Source: Candidatus Omnitrophota bacterium (GTDB lineage: Bacteria; Omnitrophota; Omnitrophia; Omnitrophales; Aquincolibacteriaceae). From it: a DNA stretch of 60,390 bases. Shown piece after piece: positions 11,140 through 20,550 of this stretch (position 1 is the stretch's first letter; the number at the start of each line of letters is the position of its first letter). The notes beneath the pieces were generated by a model. It was not told the origin of the DNA. It did not search any database and was given only the letters and a program-made list of their open reading frames with translations. Location: NCBI GenBank assembly GCA_016196555.1, contig JACPXL010000074.1, forward strand, positions 1-60,390, read 5' to 3'. A program made the translations under genes and the position numbers.

Positions 11140-12279
11140 ATGATCCGGAAAAAGTCCATTGTTGCTATTTTTTTAATGCTTTATTTTCTTTTGCTGGCCA
11201 TGCCTTCTATCCTTTTTGCGCTGACACCCGAAGAAGAAGTAAAACAGGAGCAAGTTATTCAGCGCAGCGAGGAAGAACGCCGGCAGCGGGCGTCTCTGCG
11301 CTTTCGCGAACTTTCCCTGGCGGAAGAACAGGCAGCCCTGCAAACCCGTCCTTCTAAAAAACGCTTCATTGATAAATTCGACGTTTCATTCTCTTATTTG
11401 GAAAGTTTTGACCGCAATGCCAATTTTGATTCCGCTCACAAAAAAGACTGGACCCAGCAAATGACGCTCAACGCTTATTTCCGGGACGTTCCTTTTTCCT
11501 GGATGCGCTATCAAATCGATTACCGTCTTGATACGGCCCTTCATCAGCATTTTGAAGCCAATGATTCCTTTACTCAGGAAATAGGCGGCAAAACGGATTT
11601 TAAAATTCTTAAAAGTCTTTTCCTCGACACTGCCTATCATGTCGGATATTTCCGCTATCCTTCATCCACACAGTCCAGTTATTTGCGCCATCAAGTCATT
11701 GCCGGACTCAAACATTACCCCTTTCGGACACAGCGTTTTTATCACCGCCCAAACTTCACCTGGGAATACCGTGACTATCGCTATCGGAAAGCACGGACCA
11801 CGGTGGACGGCCTCGCCGTCAACACCGCCACCAGACGCCGGGACATCACCTACAGAATCGACCATGAAATCGGGATCGATCCCTGGAAAACAACTCATCT
11901 CGTTGTTCACAATCAAATCGGATTCAATGATTCCAATGATGGGCATCAGGATTTTTATGATTATGCTTATTTCCGTACTTCCCAAATTTTGAGCGGCTCT
12001 TACAAAAAATGGTATGCGTTCTCGGGTTTTCAATTCCAGCACAATAATTATACGGCGCGCCAGCAGCAGGGCACGGCAGAGTCCGAAGATCTTCCCACCG
12101 TTTTCGGTGGAATTTTTTATACCTTATCAAAATATTTGTCAGTGGGATTCAATGCCTCTTATTTCAGCAGTGACTCCAATTATCCTGATTTGGAATATTC
12201 CGGTGCGACGTTTACCCTGGGATTCTATTCCAACTTTAAGCCCTCCGAAATCCTGGATAAAGCTCATAAAATTTTATAG
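11140..12279 (+). CDS. putative outer-membrane beta-barrel protein
   Basis: Signal peptide; aromatic-rich alternating strands; SN...Y near C-terminus. Confidence 0.6.
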   Translation: MIRKKSIVAIFLMLYFLLLAMPSILFALTPEEEVKQEQVIQRSEEERRQRASLRFRELSLAEEQAALQTRPSKKRFIDKFDVSFSYLESFDRNANFDSAHKKDWTQQMTLNAYFRDVPFSWMRYQIDYRLDTALHQHFEANDSFTQEIGGKTDFKILKSLFLDTAYHVGYFRYPSSTQSSYLRHQVIAGLKHYPFRTQRFYHRPNFTWEYRDYRYRKARTTVDGLAVNTATRRRDITYRIDHEIGIDPWKTTHLVVHNQIGFNDSNDGHQDFYDYAYFRTSQILSGSYKKWYAFSGFQFQHNNYTARQQQGTAESEDLPTVFGGIFYTLSKYLSVGFNASYFSSDSNYPDLEYSGATFTLGFYSNFKPSEILDKAHKIL

Positions 12280-12340
12280 CAATTTATAACTTTATAGCTC
12301 ATAATCTCGCTAAAAGACCTCTCAGCGGTTATTCTTCTTA

Positions 12341-13744
12341 ATGATTATGACAAAAAAGTATTTATTCCTCGTTTCTGTTTTTGTCCTCGGAATTTTTATC
12401 AGAATTCCAACCGGGTTGTCCCAGCATGCGGGAGTCAATCCGCCGGTGGCTGAACCCGCTAAAAATGTACAAACTGCCGCCGCAGATTCTTCTCAAGGAG
12501 AAACCACGCAGGAAAAATCCCTGCTTGATCATAAAGCCGTGATTTTCAATGTCAGCGGTGAGGCCCTTATTTTAAGGAAGGGAGATTCTGCCTGGAAACC
12601 GCTCGCCAAAAGCGAAGTGATTACAGAAGGCGATCAGGTAAAAACGGGGAAAGATTCTTTCATTGAAATTTCCTATGACGAATTTTATATGAATATTGCC
12701 CGCATCGGCGCAAACACTATTGCCGAATTTCGCTCCATCGAACCCACTGACATTTATATTTCTAACGGAGGAATTTTTAATGATTTGGAAGGTCTGACCA
12801 AGGGGTCAACGTACGAAGTCGCCACTCCCACTTCGGTGGCAGGAGTCCGCGGCACAGAATTTCTGCGCGCTTATGATGCGCAGACAGGCATGGACACCAC
12901 CATTTGCGATCGCGGAGCCGTGGACGTGTTTCCTCTCACAGCGGAGGGAGAGATAGTCCGCGAAGCCAGAGTTCAGGTGGAAGGCGGCAAGGCGCTTGAA
13001 ATGAACGCCCAAGTGATTGCAGAAAAAAATTTCGATTCCATGAAGCCCGTAGAAATGACGCCTGAACATCATCAAATTATGGGAGAAATGGTCGAGGCCA
13101 AAGAAAATCTCACGCGGTTTGTGGGAGATCCTCAAGTTCTGGAAAAAATGCATGAAATGTTTACGGAAATGCAAAAAGACCCTGAGAAAATGGCCCGCAT
13201 CACCAATGAATTGCGGGAAAAAGACCGGGAGATTTTTGGAGGACCGAACGGGCCCAATGGACCGCAAGGGCCAAGCAGACCGGACAATCCGGATAATCCG
13301 AATGATCCCAATGACGGGATAAACCCTAAAACCGGAGACCCTAGAGTTGTCGTGGACCCCAATAATCAGCCGATGCTTCCGCAACCTGGCGGGCCAAATC
13401 CAGTTCAGAATTTTGAGCCAAACCGGACTTTTGAGCCGCCGCAAAATTTGGAGCGCGATTACACCAGTTGGGAAAAACAAAATTTTATGCCGGAAAATCG
13501 CAATGAACCGGTGCAGCCCCCTGCCATTCATGACCCTCAGCGTTTCCAGGAAATACAGAATCAAACCGGGCAATTTATTCAGAAAAATATAGAACAGCAA
13601 ATTCAGCAGCAATTCCAGGACAATCGCCAGAATGAGAACAATACCATTCAGCAAGAAAACCGGATTCAAGAAATTATAAAGAATATTTCTCCAACCTCAG
13701 AATTTTGCAGCCGCCATCCCGGTGCCCCGGGTTGTAATAAATAA
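12341..13744 (+). CDS. exported FecR-domain protein with Pro/Asn/Gln-rich tail
   Basis: EGDQVKTGKDS, TPTSVAGVRGTEF FecR-like motifs; signal peptide. Confidence 0.8.
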   Translation: MIMTKKYLFLVSVFVLGIFIRIPTGLSQHAGVNPPVAEPAKNVQTAAADSSQGETTQEKSLLDHKAVIFNVSGEALILRKGDSAWKPLAKSEVITEGDQVKTGKDSFIEISYDEFYMNIARIGANTIAEFRSIEPTDIYISNGGIFNDLEGLTKGSTYEVATPTSVAGVRGTEFLRAYDAQTGMDTTICDRGAVDVFPLTAEGEIVREARVQVEGGKALEMNAQVIAEKNFDSMKPVEMTPEHHQIMGEMVEAKENLTRFVGDPQVLEKMHEMFTEMQKDPEKMARITNELREKDREIFGGPNGPNGPQGPSRPDNPDNPNDPNDGINPKTGDPRVVVDPNNQPMLPQPGGPNPVQNFEPNRTFEPPQNLERDYTSWEKQNFMPENRNEPVQPPAIHDPQRFQEIQNQTGQFIQKNIEQQIQQQFQDNRQNENNTIQQENRIQEIIKNISPTSEFCSRHPGAPGCNK

Positions 13745-13762
13745 TCACTCGAGATTAAATCA

Positions 13763-14353
13763 TTGAAAATTAGAATTTATCTGGCTTCTATTTCCGAGCG
13801 CAGGAAAATCCTGCTCAGAAAAGCAAGGATCCCTTTTGCGATTATTCCTTCCTCTTATCATGAAAAACATGAAACTCATGGCCGTCCTTCCCGGCTCGTG
13901 ATGCGTCATGCTGTCGGCAAAGCGCGTAAGGCAAAAATTTCCGGGATTAAACACCGGGACAAAACATGGATTTTGGGCGCGGACACTTTAGTTTATTTCC
14001 GAGGCCGGCTTCTTGGTAAACCCGTCAATATGGCTGAAGCGCGGCAAATGCTGAACGCGATGACAGGCCGCCGCCACTGGGTTTATACGGGAATTGCCCT
14101 GAAGTATTTAAAAACCGGAAAAGAAAAAGTGGCTTTCGACAAAACCGAGGTGAAATTTAAAAAGTGGAATGAAAATCAGATTGAAAAATATCTCGTCAAA
14201 GCCAATCCGCTTGATAAAGCCGGTGCCTATGCCATTCAGGTCCGCCCAGCTATTGTAGCGAGATACAAGGGATCGCTGAGCAATGTTATTGGTCTGCCGT
14301 TGGAACTTCTTAAAAAGATACTCCGGCAGATTGAGCGAGAAGTTTCTTCCTGA
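13763..14353 (+). CDS. maf: Maf-family nucleoside triphosphate pyrophosphatase
   Basis: LAS.S.RR..LL, GADTLV, LGKP, DKAGAYAIQ, NVIGLP. Confidence 0.92.
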   Translation: MKIRIYLASISERRKILLRKARIPFAIIPSSYHEKHETHGRPSRLVMRHAVGKARKAKISGIKHRDKTWILGADTLVYFRGRLLGKPVNMAEARQMLNAMTGRRHWVYTGIALKYLKTGKEKVAFDKTEVKFKKWNENQIEKYLVKANPLDKAGAYAIQVRPAIVARYKGSLSNVIGLPLELLKKILRQIEREVSS

Positions 14354-14852
14354 AATGATAGGCTGCGATACCGAAGGCCACCGTCACATTCAGTGAGTTT
14401 TTGGCTCCCCCCATGGGAATTTCAATCGCCCCGTCACAAAGCGAAACGATTTCATTCTGAATTCCGCTGATTTCATTACCAAGCAGAAGGGCTACTGGCG
14501 CAGCAGGTGAAAACTCATCATAGGAAATGCTTTTAATGGTTTGCTCAAGAAGAATGATTTGATAATTCTGCGCCTTTAGCATTTTGACGCAATCAAGAAC
14601 ATTGCGGCAATATTCCCACGGCACGGAAAGCTCCGCGCCCAAAGCGGTTTTAGAAATTTTCGAATCCGGCGGAAAGCCTGTAATGCCGCAAAGCCAGACT
14701 TTCTCCACGCCCGCGCCGTCCGCTGTCCGGAAAATCGAGCCGACATTGTAGAGGCTGCGCACGTCATTCAGGATCACGGAAAAAGGAAGTTTCGGCGCGC
14801 GGCCGCTTTCCTTTTGCCTGGCCAATAATTCTTCATGGGTTAATTTGCGCAT
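14310..14852 (-). CDS. TrmH/SpoU-family RNA methyltransferase
   Basis: RSLYNVGSIFRTAD, GNEISG, IPMGG.KNSLNV. Confidence 0.92.
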   Translation of the reverse strand: MRKLTHEELLARQKESGRAPKLPFSVILNDVRSLYNVGSIFRTADGAGVEKVWLCGITGFPPDSKISKTALGAELSVPWEYCRNVLDCVKMLKAQNYQIILLEQTIKSISYDEFSPAAPVALLLGNEISGIQNEIVSLCDGAIEIPMGGAKNSLNVTVAFGIAAYHFRKKLLAQSAGVSF

Positions 14853-15801
14853 TTTCCCTGCCTCCGCCCCGGTAGGAATGGCTTCCGCCTTCTTTCCAGC
14901 GGCGATGCCCCCATGTCCATTGTCCCGGATAAGTCATGATGGTTTTTTCCAGCCAGCGATTGAGTTCTTGCGTGGTTTTTTCTTCCCATTGATTTTGCGC
15001 ATCCTGAATTCCGATTTCAGCATCGATGTGAATGGTATAACAGCCGTTGCCCGTACGAATGCAATAAGCAGGAACAAGCGCGCACCCGGTTTTTTTGGCA
15101 AAACGAGCCGGAATGGTAGTCACCGACGTCGGCTTGCCAAAAAAATCCATCCAAATACCATCGGACCCCGCCCATTGATCAATCAGAATCGCCGCAAGAT
15201 GATTATTTTTAAGCTCAGCTAAAACTTTTTTCACGGCCTTGGATTTGTCGATGGGATTAAGTTGGGTTTTACGCCGAAGTTCCTGAATCCAGGAATAAAG
15301 ATAAGAATTGCGTATCGGACGCACCACGACCGAACAGGGATATCCTCGCAAATAAGGGAGAAAAGCCAAATATTCCCAGGCCCCCACATGAGAAATCACA
15401 AAAATGATTCCCTTTCCTTTGGCAAAGGCGCGGTCGAGGTGTTCCGTGCCTTCAAAAGTAAAACGCTCCCGGGCTTCTCTCAACATCACCGGGATTCGGA
15501 AAAATTCTATCAGCGCCGTCGCCGTGTGGCGGAAGGATTCACGCGCAATGCGGTTTTTTTCTTTTTCCGATATGGAATGACCGTAAGCAATGTTGAGATT
15601 ATGAAGGGCGGTTTTGCGGCGTTTAGGCGCGGCAAAATAGAGAAAATCCGCCGCATGTTTGGCAATCCAGGTGCAAACGGATAAAGGAAGGGCGTTTAAA
15701 AAAGCGACGAAGGTGCGCACTCCCAGGTATTCGATAAAATCCCAGCCGGGAATAAAATTCCGCGGACGGATTTTTTTCTTTTTCTTCATCAAATCAGTCA
15801 T
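14833..15801 (-). CDS. lipid A / lysophospholipid acyltransferase (LpxL/HtrB family)
   Basis: H.GAWE, LIDQ, FFGK, P.QW.W.HRRWK. Confidence 0.88.
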   Translation of the reverse strand: MTDLMKKKKKIRPRNFIPGWDFIEYLGVRTFVAFLNALPLSVCTWIAKHAADFLYFAAPKRRKTALHNLNIAYGHSISEKEKNRIARESFRHTATALIEFFRIPVMLREARERFTFEGTEHLDRAFAKGKGIIFVISHVGAWEYLAFLPYLRGYPCSVVVRPIRNSYLYSWIQELRRKTQLNPIDKSKAVKKVLAELKNNHLAAILIDQWAGSDGIWMDFFGKPTSVTTIPARFAKKTGCALVPAYCIRTGNGCYTIHIDAEIGIQDAQNQWEEKTTQELNRWLEKTIMTYPGQWTWGHRRWKEGGSHSYRGGGRENAQINP

Positions 15802-15853
15802 AGAGGCATACTGTATAAAATTCCCGGGCGTTTCGCAACGTTCGAGAAAAAAT

Positions 15854-16951
15854 TTACCGGGGGCTCAGAGACAAGCTTTGGCGGGTAGCCTTCAGATGCC
15901 GGGAAAGAAAACGGGTGCCGTGCGGTGTGGCCATCGAGGGTAATTCATGGTATTTGAGAAGATAAGCGCGAATATCTTGTTTACTGTTAACCATGGAAGT
16001 CTTGGAAACTGCCGGACGGATCCAGCGAAATGAGGCCGTTTTTTTTGCAAAAGACCGGGTCATTCCTTTTTCATGGGCAAGACCTCGAAAAACCAAGTGA
16101 ATGGCATCCGGGTTATGAAAACCGTCCTGCATAATTCGGGAGCTCAAATTTTCGTCGCGCGTTTCCAATGATTTCGAAATATATTGATACGCCATTCCCA
16201 GTCCTGCCATGGCCCGGTCTGATTTATTTTGTGTAAGCCAGTGTACTGTGACAAGGCTCATCACATCGCGCCTTAAATCATCCGCATAGGCCTCAAAAGA
16301 AGGCCCTTCAAATTCAATGCGGATTTTCCAGCCGAGATTTTTTAGATGATCAATTCCCTCTCGTAATTTTTTGAAAAATGGATTTTGTGTATTTTGAAAA
16401 GCCGCCGCCGCATTTTCTTCTTTGACGGCTTGATTGAAAAAATTTTCTAAAAGAACCTGAGATTCGGGACTGAGTCGGTCTTGCGATAATTCCTCATACC
16501 AATTTTTTCCTGAGGGCGCTGTCTCACCGAAAAGGATTTGAAGTCCCTGCACATTTTGAGGGAGCGCAGCCGGATAGGCATTTTCAATCCAAATGACGAG
16601 AGGAGTATGCGCCGGTTTCATTTCTCTCAATATGGAGCGCGCCTGACGAATGGCCCAGGCCCCATCTTCCGTAGTTGAATGCGCGGAAAAAATCATTCGG
16701 ACGGCAGAAACGCCGAGATTGCTTCGGGCACTACGTGCCCTCGCAATGACAGCTTCGTCATTGCGAGGAATGCCCGGGGGGAAGGTCTGACGAAGCAATC
16801 CAAAGCCAGATTCAGATGTGCTGGGATTATCGTACTCCCCGGAAATCCCTTCAAAAAAGGCAGGCGCAGATTGGGCCAAAAGCAAATGCAAATCGCCCAA
16901 GAGAACCATCCATACGACGAGAAAAGAAATCCCCCGATTAAAAATTTTCAA
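15854..16951 (-). CDS. exported hypothetical protein carrying an in-frame palindromic repeat
   Basis: TTG start after a GGGG RBS, signal peptide, open frame through the repeat at 16715-16800. Confidence 0.6.
   Translation of the reverse strand: MKIFNRGISFLVVWMVLLGDLHLLLAQSAPAFFEGISGEYDNPSTSESGFGLLRQTFPPGIPRNDEAVIARARSARSNLGVSAVRMIFSAHSTTEDGAWAIRQARSILREMKPAHTPLVIWIENAYPAALPQNVQGLQILFGETAPSGKNWYEELSQDRLSPESQVLLENFFNQAVKEENAAAAFQNTQNPFFKKLREGIDHLKNLGWKIRIEFEGPSFEAYADDLRRDVMSLVTVHWLTQNKSDRAMAGLGMAYQYISKSLETRDENLSSRIMQDGFHNPDAIHLVFRGLAHEKGMTRSFAKKTASFRWIRPAVSKTSMVNSKQDIRAYLLKYHELPSMATPHGTRFLSRHLKATRQSLSLSPR
16715..16800. repeat. family A palindromic repeat doublet (GATTGCTTCG...CTCGCAATGAC / GTCATTGCGAG...CGAAGCAATC)
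   Basis: Shares both arm motifs with the copies at 49406 and 52524; the arms are in the opposite order. Confidence 0.85.
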
Positions 16952-17126
16952 CGCTCTGTCCCCTTTTTTAGGATTGAAATGGAGCCGTAGCGGATTAGCT
17001 ATCGGCAAAAGATTGCGTAAGATTAACATGCGGCCTTCCCAAATACAAAATAGCTGAAACTTTCTTTCAGTTTTGGCGGGCGATGATCACAAATGCTATA
17101 AAATGCTAAAAGTGATTTTTGCGGCT

Positions 17127-17858
17127 TTAAAACATCTGCGGCTTTTTATGCTGCCAAAGCAAATGGGCTGCTATCAAACTGATCCCAATCGAGGCCAAAG
17201 TATCCGAAGGCCAGTGCTTGCTTTCCGCAATACGAAAAAGGGCGGTGCAAAAGGGCAAGAAAAAAACGCTCCAACGCAAAAAATGATTTCGAATAACAAA
17301 AAAAATAAAACTTGCCGCTCCGGCCACGAGGACGACGTCCCCCGACGGAAGGCTTTGAAAAACATGCCGATTCTGCAGAAGGCCGTCTAAATTAAAAAAA
17401 GAAAAAGGGCCGAAATTTCCATAAGGGCGCGCTCTCAGAAAAACAAATTTCAAAAGATGGCCGGTGAGACCGCTTAATGCGCTCCCAAGAAAAAGGCCGA
17501 TGGCGATTTCCTGAAAATTTTGGCGGCGGGTGGCCATGGCAAACAAATTAAGCATTCCCAAAAAGACCCAAAATTCCACATTGCTGCTGATAAGATCGCC
17601 GAATTTAATCATTCCTTTTAGTAGAGAGATTTCCTTAGCGCCCTGAACCCAGGAATAAATGGCCTGGTCAAAAAACATAGTGCCCGCCACAATCAAAATA
17701 ATGAGGATTAAAAAGAGTGCGTAAGGCCGGAATGAAAGCCCCTTCAAATAAGAGCCCATTCCTTTAAAATATCCGCGGAAAATGATGTTCAGAGAAATCA
17801 GAATAATTAAAGCGGCCGCTAAAAGACGGGGATTAAAGGGAAGCCACTCTCTCAGCAT
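17127..17858 (-). CDS. PAP2-family membrane phosphatase
   Basis: K....RARP, SLPSGD (His replaced by Asp), R....HWPSD. Confidence 0.85.
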   Translation of the reverse strand: MLREWLPFNPRLLAAALIILISLNIIFRGYFKGMGSYLKGLSFRPYALFLILIILIVAGTMFFDQAIYSWVQGAKEISLLKGMIKFGDLISSNVEFWVFLGMLNLFAMATRRQNFQEIAIGLFLGSALSGLTGHLLKFVFLRARPYGNFGPFSFFNLDGLLQNRHVFQSLPSGDVVLVAGAASFIFFVIRNHFLRWSVFFLPFCTALFRIAESKHWPSDTLASIGISLIAAHLLWQHKKPQMF

Positions 17859-17867
17859 AGAAGCCGA

Positions 17868-18683
17868 TCAATCGGCGGAGAGGTTGAAATTTTTGAAAAG
17901 CCCTTTTTCGGCCCATTCAGAAAACCAAGCCGCAAGCGGGAGAGATTCCATATTCGGCATTTCAGCCAGGGCTTCGAGGGCCTCTCCTAAGCTGATTTTT
18001 GAAAGTAACTTCTCAAGAAGAAAATAGCTTTCTTCGGAAATTAAACCGCATTGAACTTTCACTCCTTGTCGGGAAATAAGAATCGATTGAGGACGGTCCA
18101 CCAAATCAATATCGACTTGCTGAATAGAAAGTTTGCGGGCCTGCCAAATATCCAGCACCGGCCAAGCGGATGTCATCACTGAAACAGAAGGCTGAAATAT
18201 AAAACGGATTTTTTCCCATGCCTCGGGCGTAATTTCTTTTAAACGCGATGGATCCATCGGCCCCTCATCAAAAGCATGAAAGGCCATGGTCACCTGCCAT
18301 TCCAACCTTGCGAGATCACTCAAAAAAGGAAAATCCTTCATCAAATCCGTGCAGTCCGGGCTTTTTAGAAATTCTGCGAGACGGCGGCCAATATAAGTCA
18401 GATTATAATGCGCTGAAGGATAATGCCGGCTGTAGGCGTGGGCTAATTCATGAAAACGTGCCGCCCCAATCACAAAACGAATGGCTTCGTAAACTTCGCT
18501 GAAAGCTTCTTCCGTGCGCGCAATCAATCCCCCGGCGTAAACGGCGATGCGTTCCACGCCCGGTTCCCCGCCCTGCGGATTGAGGTAATTTTCGAAAGAA
18601 TCTAAAGAAGTCTCATCGCCTTCACTCTGGCGAATGCGGGATTTCATCCACTTCTGGATTTCAGCGAGCGACGGAGAGGCCAT
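17868..18683 (-). CDS. DUF2063-type MNIO partner protein (BufC/HvfC-like)
   Basis: R.AVY, DLARLEW, S.WPV..IW; directly follows DUF692. Confidence 0.85.
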   Translation of the reverse strand: MASPSLAEIQKWMKSRIRQSEGDETSLDSFENYLNPQGGEPGVERIAVYAGGLIARTEEAFSEVYEAIRFVIGAARFHELAHAYSRHYPSAHYNLTYIGRRLAEFLKSPDCTDLMKDFPFLSDLARLEWQVTMAFHAFDEGPMDPSRLKEITPEAWEKIRFIFQPSVSVMTSAWPVLDIWQARKLSIQQVDIDLVDRPQSILISRQGVKVQCGLISEESYFLLEKLLSKISLGEALEALAEMPNMESLPLAAWFSEWAEKGLFKNFNLSAD

Positions 18684-19509
18684 TAAATTCCTGATAAATC
18701 GCCCGGGCATGATCGCATTCTTCGGCAAGACGTGAAAAATCGGGAATATCTTCATCCCATTCGATCAAAGTTGATACGGGCCCAAAAAGCTTCAGGGCCT
18801 CACGATAAAGCCCCCAAACCGTTTCGATAATGGGTTTGCTGTGAGTATCAAAAAGAAATTTTCCCATATTGGTATGCCCCGCCAAATGGAATTGCCCGAC
18901 AAATTCCGCGGGGATTTGCTTGATGTAATGAAAAGGATCAAAATCATGATTGACCGCATTGACATAGACATTGTTGAGGTCGAGAAGAATTCCGCAGCCG
19001 GACCGCTTGGCGATCGCCGCCAGAAATTCCCATTCAGGCATGGTGGAATGTTTATAAGAAATATAAGTGGACACATTCTCAAGCAAAATAGGGCGCCCGA
19101 GAAATTCCTGGATTTGCCGGACGCGGAGGACAATATGCTGCAGCGATTCTTCCGTAAAAGGAAGCGGGAGAAGATCGTGCAAATTCTCTCCCTGCGTAGA
19201 ACTCCAGCACAAATGGTCCGAAACAATTTCCGGCTGAATGCGGTCCACAAGCGTCTTCAAACGTTTTAAATATTCCGGATTAAGCGGGTCGACAGAGCCG
19301 ATCGAGAGTGCAACTCCGTGAAGCGCAACAGGGTAATGTTGTCTTATTTTTTCCAAAATGCGCAGGGGCTGGCCTCCGGAATCCATAAAGTTTTCCGTGA
19401 TCCCTTCAAACCAGTCCATTCTGGGCCAGGAATCAAGAATAAAGTCATAATGCTTTGTTCTTAATCCGACCCCGCAGCCAAGCTGCGGCCATTCATGAGA
19501 CATTTTCAT
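18661..19509 (-). CDS. DUF692 multinuclear non-heme iron-dependent oxidase (MNIO, BufB-like)
   Basis: GVGLR..H, E...ENF, HGVALSIG, SDHLCW, LLENVS, LLDLNNVYVN, HLAGH, DTH, EWD. Confidence 0.95.
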   Translation of the reverse strand: MKMSHEWPQLGCGVGLRTKHYDFILDSWPRMDWFEGITENFMDSGGQPLRILEKIRQHYPVALHGVALSIGSVDPLNPEYLKRLKTLVDRIQPEIVSDHLCWSSTQGENLHDLLPLPFTEESLQHIVLRVRQIQEFLGRPILLENVSTYISYKHSTMPEWEFLAAIAKRSGCGILLDLNNVYVNAVNHDFDPFHYIKQIPAEFVGQFHLAGHTNMGKFLFDTHSKPIIETVWGLYREALKLFGPVSTLIEWDEDIPDFSRLAEECDHARAIYQEFNGLSVAR

Positions 19510-19538
19510 TCCCCTGTTGCGCTTACGGTTGGCGTTAA

Positions 19539-19832
19539 TTAGACAGCCGGTTCAGCCGTTAGACGGCCACCTTCTGTTTTTAAGCATTCTTCTTGCGACA
19601 TACCCACGGATCCCTGGCCTTTGCAGGCGTTCTTACCCGCACAGCTGTGGCCTTTACCGCCGCATTCTCCGGTGCCTTTGCATTGATTGACACCGTAGCA
19701 CGAGACTTTTTCGCCGGCCGCTTCATCAGCAGCTTGAACTGTGCTGTTTTTAATCATGACACCGGTCACAGCAAGCAAACCGGCAACGGATGCGGCAAGT
19801 AACGCGAGCTTTTTATTTTTCTTCACTTCCAT
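19539..19832 (-). CDS. Cys-rich secreted RiPP precursor (bufferin BufA2-like)
   Basis: Signal peptide then CYGVNQCKGTGEC...SCAGKNACKGQG...EC...GG (6 Cys); upstream of the MNIO; AGGAGG RBS. Confidence 0.85.
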   Translation of the reverse strand: MEVKKNKKLALLAASVAGLLAVTGVMIKNSTVQAADEAAGEKVSCYGVNQCKGTGECGGKGHSCAGKNACKGQGSVGMSQEECLKTEGGRLTAEPAV

Positions 19833-19896
19833 TTCACTTTCCTCCTGATTATGTTGTACTGCTTTTTGTTCTAGTTACTGCGGGTTATAAATCCAT

Positions 19897-20487
19897 TTAT
19901 TCCTGAATTGCTTCAATCTCCAGCGTGATCTCGACTTCTTCTCCTACGAGCAGCTGTCCCGTTTCTACTGCTTCATTCCAATTAAGCCCGAAATCCTTAC
20001 GATTGATTTTAGCCGTTGCGGTAAATCCAGCGCGGACATTTCCCCAAGGATCTTTTCCGACTCCGTGAATTTCCAAATCAAAAACCACTTCTTTGGTGAC
20101 TCCATGAATGGTCAAATTGCCGTGAAGCTTTGCTCTTCCATCGGCAACGTCGGTCACCTTTGTGCTTTCAAATGTCAGGGTGGGAAATTTTTCCACATCA
20201 AAAAAATCTTTGCTGCGCAAATGCTTGTCGCGCGGAGGAACGCGGGTGTCAATGCTTGCGGCCTGAATCGTGGCCGTGGTTTTCCAGGTTTCCGGTTTGT
20301 CCGGATCATATTCGACTTTTCCTTCAAACTGAGTGAAATTGCCGCTGACCTTGGAAAAGAGATGGCGGATTTTGAAGTTGATGGAAGTATGATCGGGATC
20401 CAGATTATAATTCGCTGCTAAACCGCATGGGACATGGGAAAGGAAGGTTAAAAGCAGAAGGGCGATGAAAGAAACTCTGAAACGCAT
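19897..20487 (-). CDS. YceI-family protein
   Basis: LDPDHTSINFKIRHL, SIDT..RDKHLRS.DFF, LTIHGVTK, INRKDFG. Confidence 0.93.
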   Translation of the reverse strand: MRFRVSFIALLLLTFLSHVPCGLAANYNLDPDHTSINFKIRHLFSKVSGNFTQFEGKVEYDPDKPETWKTTATIQAASIDTRVPPRDKHLRSKDFFDVEKFPTLTFESTKVTDVADGRAKLHGNLTIHGVTKEVVFDLEIHGVGKDPWGNVRAGFTATAKINRKDFGLNWNEAVETGQLLVGEEVEITLEIEAIQE

Positions 20488-20550
20488 GAAATACCTCCAA
20501 AAGGGTGAAAGTGGCTGATTTCGCGGCCAGAAGCCTGATGCAAAATGGGT

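Noticed and set aside
13240-13320. Collagen-like or tandem DNA repeat in the FecR-domain gene
   Set aside because: There are only about four G-P-x triplets and the DNA is degenerate. It is treated as a low-complexity linker.
12806-13669. 287-aa antisense ORF (and similar ones at 28729-29469, 52514-53275 and 55347-56129)
   Set aside because: These are shadow frames opposite well-supported genes and have no recognisable motifs.
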